Positions 28,219-42,228 of a DNA stretch of 64,000 bases are shown piece by piece. The translations under genes were made by a program, and so were the position numbers. Positions within the stretch are counted from its first letter, which is position 1. Each line of letters starts with the position of its first letter. The stretch is from NCBI GenBank assembly GCA_951406725.2, contig OX597830.1, positions 6,820,001-6,884,000 on the forward strand. The letters are read 5' to 3'. Under the pieces are notes generated by a model that had not been told where the DNA came from, made no database searches, and was given only the letters and a program-made list of their open reading frames with translations. Origin of the DNA: Octopus vulgaris (taxonomy: Eukaryota).

Positions 28219-30050
28219 TGTTTCACGTTTGCTTTGCATTTGTACAAGTTGGCTCCAAGTCTCACCCAGAGACCTCAAGAGACAACAAGTTAGAAGTTCA
28301 TGTTGGTGTTATGCCTTGTGTGTCCTATATTTAGTTTCGTACATAGTATCGTTCTAGAGAAGGTTTAAGAAAACAGGAAAATTATCAGTTTGTTTTAAAA
28401 TTTGAGATTACATAGACAATATTTTATGTAGAATATGGGCAGTTCCCATGAGCACTATCTTTTGAATTTCTGCCATTTTGGGGTCTCCTGGTATCTGAGC
28501 TAGGTAGTAATCAGCCCCTTTTGCTATATCATTTCTAGGGCACCTATGACAACAGGTATTGTTTTAGTCTTCAGGTTCCACATTTTGCTGATTTCTATTT
28601 CCAGTATTTGCTCAGTTTCTGGTAGGTCTTGACAGATACGTTTATATCGATTGGGACAGTCATATCAATGAGGAGGCATGTTTTTTGTCTGAAGTCTTTT
28701 ACTATGATGTCTGGCCTATTCGCATATATCTTTCTGTCAGTTTGAATGGGGAAGTTCCAGAGGAGTGAAATGTGGTCCTTTTCAAGCACTGGGGATGGTT
28801 TGTATTCCCACCAGTCTTTATCATGGGGCAAGTCCAGGCTTTTGCAAATTACCCAGTGAATATATTGAGCAGCTCTGTCATGCCTGTTGAGATACTCTGT
28901 CGGCGCAAGAAGACTGCACTTGGAGACAACATGATCAATGGTTTCATTTTGTTGTTGACATACACGACATGTTGGGCTACTGCCGTTCTTTAATATGTTG
29001 GCCTGGTAGTTCCTTGTAGGTAGGCATTGATCTTGAGCTGCTATGATAAACCCTTGTTTCAGATTTTAAGCCAGAGGCCATTAGCGATTGATGGGTCAGG
29101 GCTTTGTCAACATCTGCATTATTCGCTCTCTGGGTATTTGCCATTGAGAGGTTTTTCTTGCCATTTATCATTCAGAATATCTAAGGCAGCAGTTTTAGCC
29201 CGGGTTTTCATGCGCTTAGCTTTTTCTGTGTTTGTTTCTTGTATGTCTAATTCTGGAATTTGTTGTATTTGGAATTCACTTAGATATTCTTTTGCTTGTT
29301 TTGTTACTGAGTATGATGCTTTCTTGTTTTCATGCTTTGAGACAAGTTTTAACATCTAGTCAACAGAGTTTTTCAGTTAGGCGTTTAGACCACTTGTGGC
29401 AATCTTCATTGTTAATTCCAGTTGTAAAAGTCCAAGGCCACCCACTTTTCTTGGCAAGTAAAGTCGTTCTGTATCTGCTTTAGGGTGGTGTATTCTATGC
29501 ATTGTCTACAGTTTTCGTATTTTTACATATTTTTACAAGATTACATATTTCAGTAATTGACCAGTTAACGATATTGAAACTGTAAGTCACGACGGTGAAA
29601 GTATTGATCTCTTCGATCCTGTTTTTTTTTTTTTTTTTTTGCATTCAGCTCTGTCTTGAGTATTGCCCTTACCCTGCGATAACATTCTCCTCCGATCCTT
29701 TTCCTCATCACTGAATGTTTGATTCCATCATCTTCAGATACCACTAGATATTCTTAGGTCTCCGCTGGTTCTAACTTCTTTATGACATTCTGCTAATCAA
29801 GGTTAACTGTACATTTATTGAGGCCAAATTGTATCCTGATGTCATCACTAAATTGTTTAACAATCGCTAGTAAGCCCTTTAGCTGTTGGTGATTTCTTTG
29901 CAAAGAGCTATTTAAAAAGAAATGATTCAAATTTTCATCAAACATTATATAGCCATATTGTACATCATCGAACAATTTCGAGAGAGGTATTAAGGTTAGA
30001 CAAAAGGGGAGTGGTGATAGGGAGTGACCCTGGAATTATTATTTTGGCGA
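28219..30050 (-). pseudogene. R4/Dong-like family B, decayed RT C-terminus + CCHC + RLE
   Basis: Remnants IFQGHSLSPL (RT), DDIRIQFGLNKC, WQEKPLNGKYP, ANRPDIIVKDFRQKTCLLIDMTVP (PD..D RLE). 3' end abuts (TAA)n/(TGA)n. Confidence 0.9.
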
Positions 30051-30285
30051 GATTATTCTGCAAGTAATTCGAAAGACAGGAAAGAGCGAACGAAAGAGAA
30101 GGATTGACACACGTACAGAACTGGTAATATATTTATAGACCCCCGAAAGGATAAAAGGCAAAGCTAACTTTAGTGGGGTCTGAACCCTTTTAAAAGTAAA
30201 GCGCCAGAACGATTATCTCTCAAACAACTTTTCAAATTACACATGTTCGTGCAATCACAAACACGCACACGCACGCACTTTGATG

Positions 30286-30332
<47 letters not shown>

Positions 30333-30648
30333 ATACATATATAGACAGATACACACATATTTATATACATATATATATATATAGACAGATACATAAATAT
30401 GCTTGTGTATGTTCGTATGTACGTATGCATGCATGTATGCATAAATGTAAGTATGTATATGATTGGTAGTTCATTGAATGTGCGTACATCGGGATTGAAA
30501 GCAACTTAAATATATTTTAATATGACCAGGGAATTTATTTGTTTCTTTCGTACATTTTAATATCTTTTACATTATTCATAATTTATTTATTTTCTCTGCT
30601 TCCAGTCATCAACATCATCATCATCATCAACATCATTATTATTATCGA

Positions 30649-30697
<49 letters not shown>

Positions 30698-31997
30698 GCA
30701 TTAAATTTTTTGTCTACGAAGTTTATATTAACAGTTCTGCTTAATGCATTAAGAGAATTAGCGATATATGTGCGAAATAATTGAAAACAACAATAACAGC
30801 AACAACAATAACAACAACAACAATCCACTGTCTGAAATCTCCACCTAGACATACATACATAGAAAAGCGTATACACACACATTCTCGCACATACAAATAT
30901 ACACTCACATACGCGCAGATATACGAATAAAATAAAAAGTTAGACTCGATATCATAATTTTTCTATTTCCTGGCAGAAGTTTTCTGTCGAAGTCGCGAAT
31001 ATATTTATAAGAATGCAGAGATAAAAATTTATATAAAAAATACAGGAATAAAATTTATTTATTATTGAAAATTAGAGAGGGGCGGAGCTGGGTGGGGGGT
31101 AATGTTTGTTCTTTTATATATTATTGAGTGACATATATTTTCTTGTTCCTAATATGGCTGTTGTTGTTGTTGTTGTAATCCAGGTTTCTTTAGATTCGGG
31201 TGTTGTTGTTTATGTTGCTGCCTCTGCTACTGATGCTGATGGTGATGACGATGATGATGATGATGATGATAATGAATGATGATGATAATGATGATGATGA
31301 TGATAATGATGATGATGTTGATGATGATAATGATGATGATGAGGAGGAGGAGGAGGACTAGGAGGATGAGGATGAGGATGTTGATGATGGTGGTCGTATC
31401 GATAGTGTTATCGACGGCGGTGATTTTAATATGATGGTGATGATTGTGATGGTGAAGTTGATGATGATGATGATGTGATGCTGAGGCGGAGAAGGAGGAT
31501 GATATTATCCTCCATATTTGCCGCTTTGATGGCAATTTTCTATTAAAAGCAACAAAAATTTCCTGAAAATATGAAAGCATATCGATTGAAAAATGGAGAA
31601 AAATTTAAAATTTTGATTTTTTCTTCTTATTGTCTATGTTTTCATTCATTTTTCTTACATTTGTACACATTTTTTGTGAGATGTCTATAAACTTTATATC
31701 ATTATTATTATTATTATTGTTAATATTATTATTATTATTATCATCATCATCATCATCATCATTATTGTTGTTGTTCTTATTAAGCATTTCTTATTATGCC
31801 GATTGTTAATATTGATATCATTATTGTTATTGTCATAACAATTATTACTAGTACTATTACTATTATTATTATCATCATCATTATCATCATTTTTATTACA
31901 ACCATCATTATTGTTATTATTATTGTTGTTGTTGTTATTATTATCATTATGAATATTACTACTATTATTATTTTTATAATTATTATTATAATCAGTA

Positions 31998-32067
<70 letters not shown>

Positions 32068-32291
32068 CAGCAGCGTTGAATATCATTTTGTTATTGTTAC
32101 TTCGTAATATGGGTTCCTTATGTGATCTCTACGCGTTTCTCTGCTAGTTTTTATGGTTTCTATTGTTCCTCAATGGGAACATAGATATCGTAAAAGGGTG
32201 ATGCATACGTAGAAATGTATGTATGTATGCATGTATGTATGCATGTATGTATGTGTGCGTGATCGTGCGTCTACGTGAGTGTGTGTGTTCA

Positions 32292-32387
<96 letters not shown>

Positions 32388-32833
32388 GAAGGACATGAGG
32401 AATAGAAATGTAGGAATATGCACGGTGAAGGAGAGTTTGGTAAGAAAATGAAATATATGAAATAGTATTATTCTAAAGGGCTGACGTATGATGGTATTAC
32501 AAATGTGGGGGAGAGATGCGTGTGCGCGTATGTCTAAATGCACCACATGCAAAGTTGCGAAAATGCCTATATATATTATGTTTGTTTCTTGTAAGTACTT
32601 TTGACAAGACCAATTAAGGAAGCATATTTTTTTGTAGTTTTGTATATATATTTCTGCATGTGATTTAGCTATCTAGGGGATTACACACACAGACACACAC
32701 ACAACCTCACACACAAACACACACACACACAACCTCACACACATACACGATCTGACACACATACACATGAGTATTATGAATCTATATGTATATATAAATA
32801 CGCATGTACGTATGTCTGTATATATATATGTGT

Positions 32834-32901
<68 letters not shown>

Positions 32902-33063
32902 TCATGCATATATATATATATATGTATACACACACATATGCATGTATGTATGTTTCAATCTATATTTATATTTATACATGTGAGTCTGTGTGTATATATA
33001 TATATATACGTGTGTGTGTGTGTATATATATCTATATATATATATATTTATATATATATATGA

Positions 33064-33100
<37 letters not shown>

Positions 33101-33178
33101 CGTATGTATTTATATATAAATATATTTATATACATATATATACATATTTATACAGATATATATAAATATGTGTATATA

Positions 33179-33226
<48 letters not shown>

Positions 33227-34070
33227 CATATTCACAAAAGTACATGTGTGTGCGCGTGTGTTTATATCTCTGTATGCGAATGTGTGTGGAGTGTTTGTGT
33301 GTGATACAACATTAAAATGAAATATTCGGCGAATATAAATGCAAACTGCATTTTCCACTCGGGATGAAATTGTAAAGAAAAAATATGAAATAAAATGAAC
33401 GATGTGTGTAGATATATTACAAAGTCTGTCGTTTTATGTTTGTAGCTTTGTAGTTTCATAAGGAAATGAATTTGAAATGCCGAACATAAAGTGGGCAGGA
33501 AGATGGAGGAAGCGTTTTAAAATGGCGTTAGTTTTAGAGATCGGTCTACGATGGAAGAGTTAGTGGCGGAAGCGGTGTTTGTATTGACGGCAGTGGTGGT
33601 GGTGGTGGTAATAGTGTTGGTAGTAGTGGTGGTGATGGTGGTGTTGGTGATGGTGTTGATGGTGGTGGTGGTGGTGGTGGTGGTGGTGGTGGTGGTGGTG
33701 GTGGTGGTGGTGGTGGTGGTTTTAGTTGTGGTGGTGGTGATGATGCAGATAGTGGTGGTGGTGGTGGTGCTGGTAATGGTGGGGATTCTGTTCAAAATAG
33801 TAGTTGTGATGGTAATCGATTAAGCTGTTATCGTGGTGGTTGCAGTGAAATTGGTAGTGTAGGTGGTGGAGATGGGGGGTGTTAGTGTTGGTGCGGTGGT
33901 TGTAGTTGTTGTCCTGATGGTTGTGATTGTGATGAAGAAGATGATAATGATGATGACGTAGAGGACGGTACATTAGAAACAAGTCATTATGATGAAGATG
34001 ATGGCGAGCGGTAATAATAATGATAATGATTATGATAATAATAACAATCATAATAATAATAATAATGATG

Positions 34071-34122
<52 letters not shown>

Positions 34123-34358
34123 TGATAATAATAATAATAATGGCTTCAAACTTTCCAAAGACGCAGCCATTTTGGGGTAGAGGACGAGTCGATTATATCG
34201 ACCCCAGGATTTCACTGGTACTTATTTTATCGACCCCAAATGATGTAAGGCATAGTCGACCTCGGCGGAATTTGGACTCAGAACGTGGCGACAGGCGAAA
34301 TACCGTTAAGTATTTCGTCCAGCGTGCTAACGACTCTGCCTGCTCATCGCCTTAACCC

Positions 34359-34409
<51 letters not shown>

Positions 34410-34422
34410 TAATAATAATAAC

Positions 34423-34480
<58 letters not shown>

Positions 34481-34493
34481 TAATAATAATAAA

Positions 34494-34536
<43 letters not shown>

Positions 34537-34539
34537 CAT

Positions 34540-34712
34540 TTCTTCTTCTTTCAAATTAGCTTCCATTTCTTGCCGAGGGTCTTCCCGACTCCTAGGGCAA
34601 AGAAACTCATAGTATACATCGGTAGGCCATTAAACTAAACTCATTAGTTCGTTCATTTTCTTTTTTTTTGATAGAAATAAAGTTAAGTTAAAATACATGG
34701 GTAGTAATAGTT
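34540..34712 (-). mobile_element. R4/Dong-like family C 3' UTR fragment
   Basis: Aligns to 27611-27780; lies within (TAA)n. Confidence 0.8.
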
Positions 34713-34739
34713 CTTCTTCTTCTTCTTCTTCTTTTTCTT

Positions 34740-34823
<84 letters not shown>

Positions 34824-35284
34824 GAGTGAGAGAGCAGTTCATGCCATCAAAGTGACACTGGGGTAAAATATACGAAGCCCAATATACCCATCATGACTAC
34901 CCGTCTGATAAGGGTACACCAGGCACATGCATCACAACCATATGTGCGCGACATGGTGATCTCATATCAAGATAAACAGCACATGACCTTGCAGGTGGGG
35001 CCCAGTTAGAATTTCCTTCAGGTTGAGTAGCCCATCCCGCTCAAACGGTACCTGAATAAGGGTTGTTTAAGGATGTTGAAAGAACCACCCATGTTTCCAG
35101 AGGTGAATTATTCAAACCCCAAAGAATCCCTCTCAACACATGGCTATGATGCTCCCCCACTACTTCTGCTCGTGATCAGAGATGCACATATCGTCAGCCA
35201 CTAAGGGACATGCTCAACTGGTTAAGGTCAAACAACTGACAAGCAAATCTGTGGTATTGAGCAGAATATTTGCTGTAGCCCATC

Positions 35285-35290
<6 letters not shown>
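34824..35290 (-). mobile_element. 5'-truncated copy of the ~545-bp (TAA)n-embedded element
   Basis: Reverse complement of ~13510-13971; flanked by (TTA)n on both sides. Confidence 0.9.
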
Positions 35291-35364
<74 letters not shown>

Positions 35365-35383
35365 TTTATTTTTATTATTATTA

Positions 35384-35443
<60 letters not shown>

Positions 35444-35461
35444 TTATCATTATTATTATTA

Positions 35462-35523
<62 letters not shown>

Positions 35524-35665
35524 AAACTGGCAATATTTTTAATAGTACGTAGTAATGCAATTTTATAGAGAAACGAAGGCAAGAAATATATATTTTTCTT
35601 AAGCAATACAAACACTGACATATATCAGAGCGTACAAACGCGTAAGCACACTTATATACACCTGA

Positions 35666-35727
<62 letters not shown>

Positions 35728-36472
35728 TTGCGAGTCTAAGTGTGAATACTTCTGGTATATACGCTTGTCTACATGTATGCTTTTATATACGTATGCTTAT
35801 GTGTGGATACAAAAATTATATTAATTCGTCAAAAAGCAGAAACAACAATCAGAGATGTACGGAAACATTTGAATATTTAATAATTAAATTATACATAAAT
35901 TCTATGGAACGACATATCTAAGTATCAAGCAACACCAACGACAACAATAGTCTTAACTACAGCCTCAACAACAATGAAAACAAGATTATTATTAACAGTA
36001 AAAACACCATCAATCTGAAGAGTAAAATATTCCATAAACATGTATGTATGAACGAAATGATGAGAAACACCTATGAACACAAACATATTCAGCGCGTGTA
36101 CATATACATACATGCAAACAGGCATGTGTGTACGTACCATGTATGTATGTCCGTCTGTATGTAAGTATGTATATATGTTGTGTGTATTAGCTATGACATT
36201 TTGCAACGCTTTTAAAACTTTGCATAACACCTCTCATTTTAATACGAACTTTTTTTGCTGAGGATGTATATTATATGTATGTCTACATATATTTATCTAT
36301 GAATATGTTTGTACGTAAGTATACATGACAGACAGTAGGTCTTTTTATGTACGGCCATTTGTTTCTCATCCACTATTTATATATGTGTGCGTGTTTGTGT
36401 CTATATATACATATGTGTGTGTGTGTGTATGTGTGTGTGTGTATGCATATATATGCTTATATATATATATAA

Positions 36473-36525
<53 letters not shown>

Positions 36526-36555
36526 TGTATCTATACAATATGTTACATTACTCGG

Positions 36556-36629
36556 TAGTCAAGATAAAACTCTGAGTTTCAGATGCCGAAGTGGAAATCC
36601 ACAACACCATCTCTTCGGTTATCTGGCTA
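36556..36629 (-). ncRNA. hammerhead ribozyme (mirror copy in left arm)
   Basis: Reverse complement of 39119-39192. Confidence 0.7.
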
Positions 36630-36819
36630 TTTGAAAACGTTATGAAAAAATACCGTTAAAAATGAAGGGAAATTACTCTGTTATAACTCTGCTTTGCCTG
36701 CGTACTTATACATCGCTCGCATTTTTCGTCATAAAAATTATATAAAAATACATAAAAAATATATAAAAATATATAAAAATATATAAAATCTTCTTGGGAC
36801 ATAACACAGAAAGCATGTT

Positions 36820-37999
36820 CTATCCGTTTTCTTTAGGGGACCAAAAACGTAACAGAAATTTAGTCACATGTGGGCATGATCCGAAAAGTTCTGTCCTTGT
36901 ATTTAGACATGTGGTAGGGTCTAAGCTGCTTTTCCAGATAAGCCATCTCTCCATGTCGCATAAACCGCACCTTCCGCTGCCGTTAGTATAGGGCTTACAT
37001 CTGGCCAAAATCTTCCATTGTATGTTATAATCGACACCTTTATCTCTTAAAGACCAAATATGATTGGATAATTGTGTCGCTTTTCTTTTGTTCCAGTGCC
37101 TAAAGCTCAAAGTGTGGTTATTGAACCTGGCCTTGAAATTACCCTCTGTCAGGCCCACGTATTTCTTCGTCAAAAACGGTGTCTTTAGTGGTTATAGAGT
37201 TTACGGTAGCCTCATATATGATGGTCTTGGACATGCAAGCTCCATTTAGCGGGCACAATTCTTTATTCCTGCATGAACAGCTGTTTTCTTCTTGTGTTTT
37301 TTGTATGTTATGATTGATTATGTTTTTAAAATTGGTAGTTGAACTAAAACTAATTTTTAAATTGTGTCTATTGAAGAGTTTCCTATAAGCATGGTTAACT
37401 GGAAAATGTCTATCTATCAGTGCTAGGAAATATTTACCTATATTGAAGGCCACCTCGGGTGAGTAAGGGGGCGTAAACCAGATGACCTTCCTATTTCTAT
37501 TATTCCTTTTCTTTATTGTTGGGCTGGTGATAGGTGTATATTTTATTTTTTCGCTAAAACCACTATCTTTTAAAGCTTTATTATAAACTGGGGCAACGCT
37601 ATTGAAGATGTCCTCATTAGATGAGAGGCTAGAAATCCTCTTACTAATATTTTTAACTAAATTTTTGAATACTATAGGGGGATGGCATGAACCTACATTA
37701 ATATAACTTAGTCTATCATTGGGCTTCCTATAAGGCTTATAAATATTATTATTAAGATCTAAGGAAACGTCTAAGAAATTGACAACCGTCAGGTTAGTGT
37801 CTATAGTTATACTAAGTCCGAAGTGTTTCATTAACTGGATAATATCCTTCCTAAAACGATCTTGTGCTGGTCCATTTGTATTAGCTGTTAAGGCGAGGGC
37901 ATCATCTTTGTAGATGGTGAAATGTACGTTAGGGAATGTCTTACTGAAGGTATCTAGGAGAAAGAGTCCAATTAGATCACAGATGCCTGCCCCATCATA
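36820..37999 (-). pseudogene. Naiad RT C-terminal half + Zn-linker + GIY-YIG endonuclease (5'-truncated, one frameshift)
   Basis: Open frame from 37999: YDGAGICDLIG...IYKDDAL...VNFLDVSLDL..YRKPND..HPP..CSCRNKELCPLNGAC; frameshift near 37172; then KKYVGLTEGNFKARFNNH..CGLC..CPH. Confidence 0.92.
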
Positions 38000-38928
38000 A
38001 TAATATTTATAAGCCTTATAGGAAGCCCAATGATAGACTAAGTTATATTAATGTAGGTTCATGCCATCCCCCTATAGTATTCAAAAATTTAGTTAAAAAT
38101 ATTAGTAAGAGGATTTCTAGCCTCTCATCTAATGAGGACATCTTCAATAGCGTTGCCCCAGTTTATAATAAAGCTTTAAAAGATAGTGGTTTTAGCGAAA
38201 AAATAAAATATACACCTATCACCAGCCCAACAATAAAGAAAAGGAATAATAGAAATAGGAAGGTCATCTGGTTTACGCCCCCTTACTCACCCGAGGTGGC
38301 CTTCAATATAGGTAAATATTTCCTAGCACTGATAGATAGACATTTTCCAGTTAACCATGCTTATAGGAAACTCTTCAATAGACACAATTTAAAAATTAGT
38401 TTTAGTTCAACTACCAATTTTAAAAACATAATCAATCATAACATACAAAAAACACAAGAAGAAAACAGCTGTTCATGCAGGAATAAAGAATTGTGCCCGC
38501 TAAATGGAGCTTGCATGTCCAAGACCATCATATATGAGGCTACCGTAAACTCTATAACCACTAAAGACACCGTTTTGACGAAGAAATACGTGGGCCTGAC
38601 AGAGGGTAATTTCAAGGCCAGGTTCAATAACCACACTTTGAGCTTTAGGCACTGGAACAAAAGAAAAGCGACACAATTATCCAATCATATTTGGTCTTTA
38701 AGAGATAAAGGTGTCGATTATAACATACAATGGAAGATTTTGGCCAGATGTAAGCCCTATACTAACGGCAGCGGAAGGTGCGGTTTATGCGACATGGAGA
38801 GATGGCTTATCTGGAAAAGCAGCTTAGACCCTACCACATGTCTAAATACAAGGACAGAACTTTTCGGATCATGCCCACATGTGACTAAATTTCTGTTACG
38901 TTTTTGGTCCCCTAAAGAAAACGGATAG
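37997..38928 (+). CDS. Naiad thumb/linker + GIY-YIG endonuclease, open but 5'-truncated (no native start)
   Basis: ORF 38296-38928 with CxCx5CPLxGxC linker, IIYEA..YVGLT GIY-YIG motif, R..NH and CxxC..CPH tail; the frame extends upstream to the junction. Confidence 0.9.
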
Positions 38929-39118
38929 AACATGCTTTCTGTGTTATGTCCCAAGAAGATTTTATATATTTTTATATATTTTTATATATTTTTTATGTAT
39001 TTTTATATAATTTTTATGACGAAAAATGCGAGCGATGTATAAGTACGCAGGCAAAGCAGAGTTATAACAGAGTAATTTCCCTTCATTTTTAACGGTATTT
39101 TTTCATAACGTTTTCAAA

Positions 39119-39192
39119 TAGCCAGATAACCGAAGAGATGGTGTTGTGGATTTCCACTTCGGCATCTGAAACTCAGAGTTTTATCTTGACTA
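39119..39192 (+). ncRNA. type I hammerhead ribozyme in the Naiad 3' UTR (CCGAAGA core, extended stem II)
   Basis: Stem I AGATAA/TTATCT (extendable by TAG/CTA); core CCGAAGA; stem II GATG...GTGG-attt-CCAC...CATC; T-GAAA; stem III ACTC-A-GAGT; putative cleavage after GUU (39180). Confidence 0.75.
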
Positions 39193-39438
39193 CCGAGTAA
39201 TGTAACATATTGTATAGATAAATTTCCTCTATTTACATAATATTGAGGTCTCTTTCTTTCTTTTGTTATCTTACCGTTTTATCTATATATTAATGTATAT
39301 ATATATGTGCGTGTGTGTGTATGTATGTGGGTGTGTGAGTGTATTGATGATGTCATCTGGTTCATGAGTATGGTGATTTAAGAAGAAAGAGGAAGAGGAA
39401 GAAGAAAGAAAGAAAGAAAGAAAAAAGAAAAAAAAAAA

Positions 39439-39498
<60 letters not shown>

Positions 39499-39697
39499 AA
39501 GAAAGAAATCGAAGGGCAAAAACCACGAAGCGAAAAGTAGACTCGGTATTCAAAAATGAAATATATTAAGTGAAATGGAAACAAAACACAAGTTAAAGAT
39601 TTTTCTAATTATATTTAATAAACATTAAACGTAAATTAATTACTGGTGGGACACTGTAGTTCGAGTTGACCAATAATATACCAACAAGTATGTTAAC

Positions 39698-39885
39698 GTG
39701 ATAGCATGTTGTCAACTTAATGTGACTGTCCCATAAAAGGGAAGAATGCTATAGTTATTTAGTCCTACATAAGGACACACGAAATGCGTCAAGTCCAACA
39801 GAAAACGGTCTTTCCAAGGGCTAAATAACAGTAGCATTCTTCCCTTTTATGGGACCGTCACATTAAGTTGACCACCTACTATCAC
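39698..39885. repeat. fold-back element / MITE with ~70-bp arms and ~50-bp spacer
   Basis: GTCAACTTAATGTGACTGTCCCATAAAAGGGAAGAATGCTA..GTTATTTAG versus CTAAATAAC..TAGCATTCTTCCCTTTTATGGGACCGTCACATTAAGTTGAC. Confidence 0.85.
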
Positions 39886-40469
39886 TTTATCGGCTGCTAC
39901 TACATAAGTCTCTCTGAGAGATTTAGAAATGTGTTATTTCTAAGTATATTAACGTTTTATAAGTCAATACACTGTCGAACTTTTCGTGTTATCAGTGCGA
40001 TATTATCACTTTTAAGTGTATCTCTCCAGATATCCTATAGAATGTAGAGCCAGCATTGAGAGTTACAAGGTTTTTATACGAATGCTTCGATGTGTAGAGA
40101 TAACTTAAGTGTAAACATGAATCCATAGAAAGTCCTACATCTCTAATCAACATCCCAATGAAACGAAGAAAAAGGGACACTAAATTTTAACGAAATTCTA
40201 CTCTAAATGTACACAGATAAAAACCAAATGCCGGAATGTCTTTGCATAGAGCAGTGTTTCTCAGCCGGAGCCCATATGACACTTGGGGGTCCGAATAAGA
40301 TTTTATTGTTAAAACTATAAACCGCTGGTAAGAAGATTGCCTCCCATCCACATTGTTTCGGAATCAGTCCCACTGAGTGGCATCTTGGACAAATATCTTC
40401 TTCTAAAGCCTCTGGCAGACCAAGGCTTTTTGAATGGATTTGGTAGACGGAAACCGGAAGAAGCCCGTC

Positions 40470-40523
<54 letters not shown>

Positions 40524-40530
40524 CTATATC

Positions 40531-40591
<61 letters not shown>

Positions 40592-40602
40592 ATATATCTA
40601 TA

Positions 40603-40637
<35 letters not shown>

Positions 40638-41433
40638 TTTTTTTTACTTTTTTACTTGTTTCAGTCATTTGACTGCGGCCATGCTGGAGCACCGCCTTTA
40701 GTCGAGCAAATCGACCCCGGGACTTATTCTTTGTAAGCCCAGTACTATATGTATGTATGTGTGTCTGTGTCTGTGTTTGTCCCGCTACCATCGGTTGACA
40801 ACCGATGCTGGTATGTTTTTATCCCCGTAACTTAGCGGTTCGACAAAAGTGATCGATGGAATAAATACTAGGCTTACAAAGAACAAGTCCTGGGGTCGAG
40901 GAGATATTATTATTTTTTTATAAACATACAGGTTGCGGCAAAATTAACGCCCTTTTCTATTTAGTAATTTTTGAAGTACAAAAATTTTCTTTAGTAAATT
41001 TATTATATAAAAATGTATTAGAGGTGTTAAAAAAACGAAAAAACCGATTAATGAAAACAAATTGCTGTAGATTTTGGCTTGTAGGTGCAGGAGTGGCTCT
41101 GTGGCAAGTAGCTCCTTTACCAACGACATGGTTCCGCGTTCACATGGTCCCGGGTCGACCAAAGCTTTGTGAGTGGATTTGCTAGACGGAAACTGAAAAA
41201 AATGCCCTTAGGTACCAGGGTAGCAAAAATTCACATAAGTGCTAAGGATGTTACAGCCTACATATAAAGGTAGCAGTTCCAGGGTTTAGTGAAAGGTTTT
41301 TGTATCACGTAGATAATTTAAGAAATGGAGTTAAACGTAGGTGTTATTCAAATCTTTATACTTCCAACATATATTTCAAAGGAAACATTGATATTATTCC
41401 TGAGGGAATATATATGTGTGTGTATGTATGTGT

Positions 41434-41479
<46 letters not shown>

Positions 41480-41570
41480 AGATATATATATAAAGATATC
41501 ATGTGATCATGTTCCTGACCACCTGTCAGATGTTGCTAACCATTGCTGGTCTCTGTGCGCTTTGCGTTGA

Positions 41571-41752
41571 TCGATACTCACTCCGGCTGGTGCTTTGAAT
41601 TCTTGAGTAAAACACTTGATTTCACGCTTTGGCAGACCCTCTGGCTAGGCGAGCAGGACCACATTCACCCCGGATAGAAAAGAGGGACTGCCAAAACGTG
41701 AAATCAAGTGTTTTACTCAAGAATTCAAAGCACCAGCCGGTGTGAGTATCGA
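41571..41752. repeat. 72-bp inverted duplication of a tRNA-SINE segment (38-nt loop)
   Basis: Arms 41571-41642 and 41681-41752 differ at 3 positions. The minus strand continues into a B-box-like GGGTTCGATACTC head. Confidence 0.9.
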
Positions 41753-41807
41753 ACCCATGATCTAGCGACCGTGAGCGTAACAATGTAGCAACTAAGTAAT
41801 ACATATG

Positions 41808-41893
<86 letters not shown>

Positions 41894-41998
41894 TACGTCA
41901 ATAATACTTTAATTGTTCCACGTCCTGCGTTGCTGTGTTTTTTTTTCTTTTTTCTGTGTTTTCTTGTTTGGATTAACTTTATATATATACATAGATAC

Positions 41999-42035
<37 letters not shown>

Positions 42036-42042
42036 GACAGAC

Positions 42043-42094
<52 letters not shown>

Positions 42095-42187
42095 TGATAG
42101 ATAGATGAATGGATGGATGGATAGATGGATGGATGGATGGATGGATGGATGGATAGAAGGGTGGATAGATGGATGGATAGATGGATG

Positions 42188-42228
<41 letters not shown>

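Larger units (their letters stand above)
36531..39283. mobile_element. young Naiad-type Penelope-like insertion: two 5'-truncated copies head-to-head (inverted arms 36528-37752 and 37997-39220), 15-bp TSD
   Basis: Arms appear to be near-exact reverse complements, with a 1-nt indel in a homopolymer near 37172-37176. TSD TATATATTAATGTAT at 36516-36530 and 39284-39298. The plus copy has a ~63-nt extra 3' tail. Confidence 0.95.

Noticed and set aside
38296-39120. Selenoprotein-type Naiad (in-frame UGA plus SECIS)
   Set aside because: The visible conserved Cys positions are ordinary Cys codons, and the ATGA near 39016 lacks convincing SECIS geometry.
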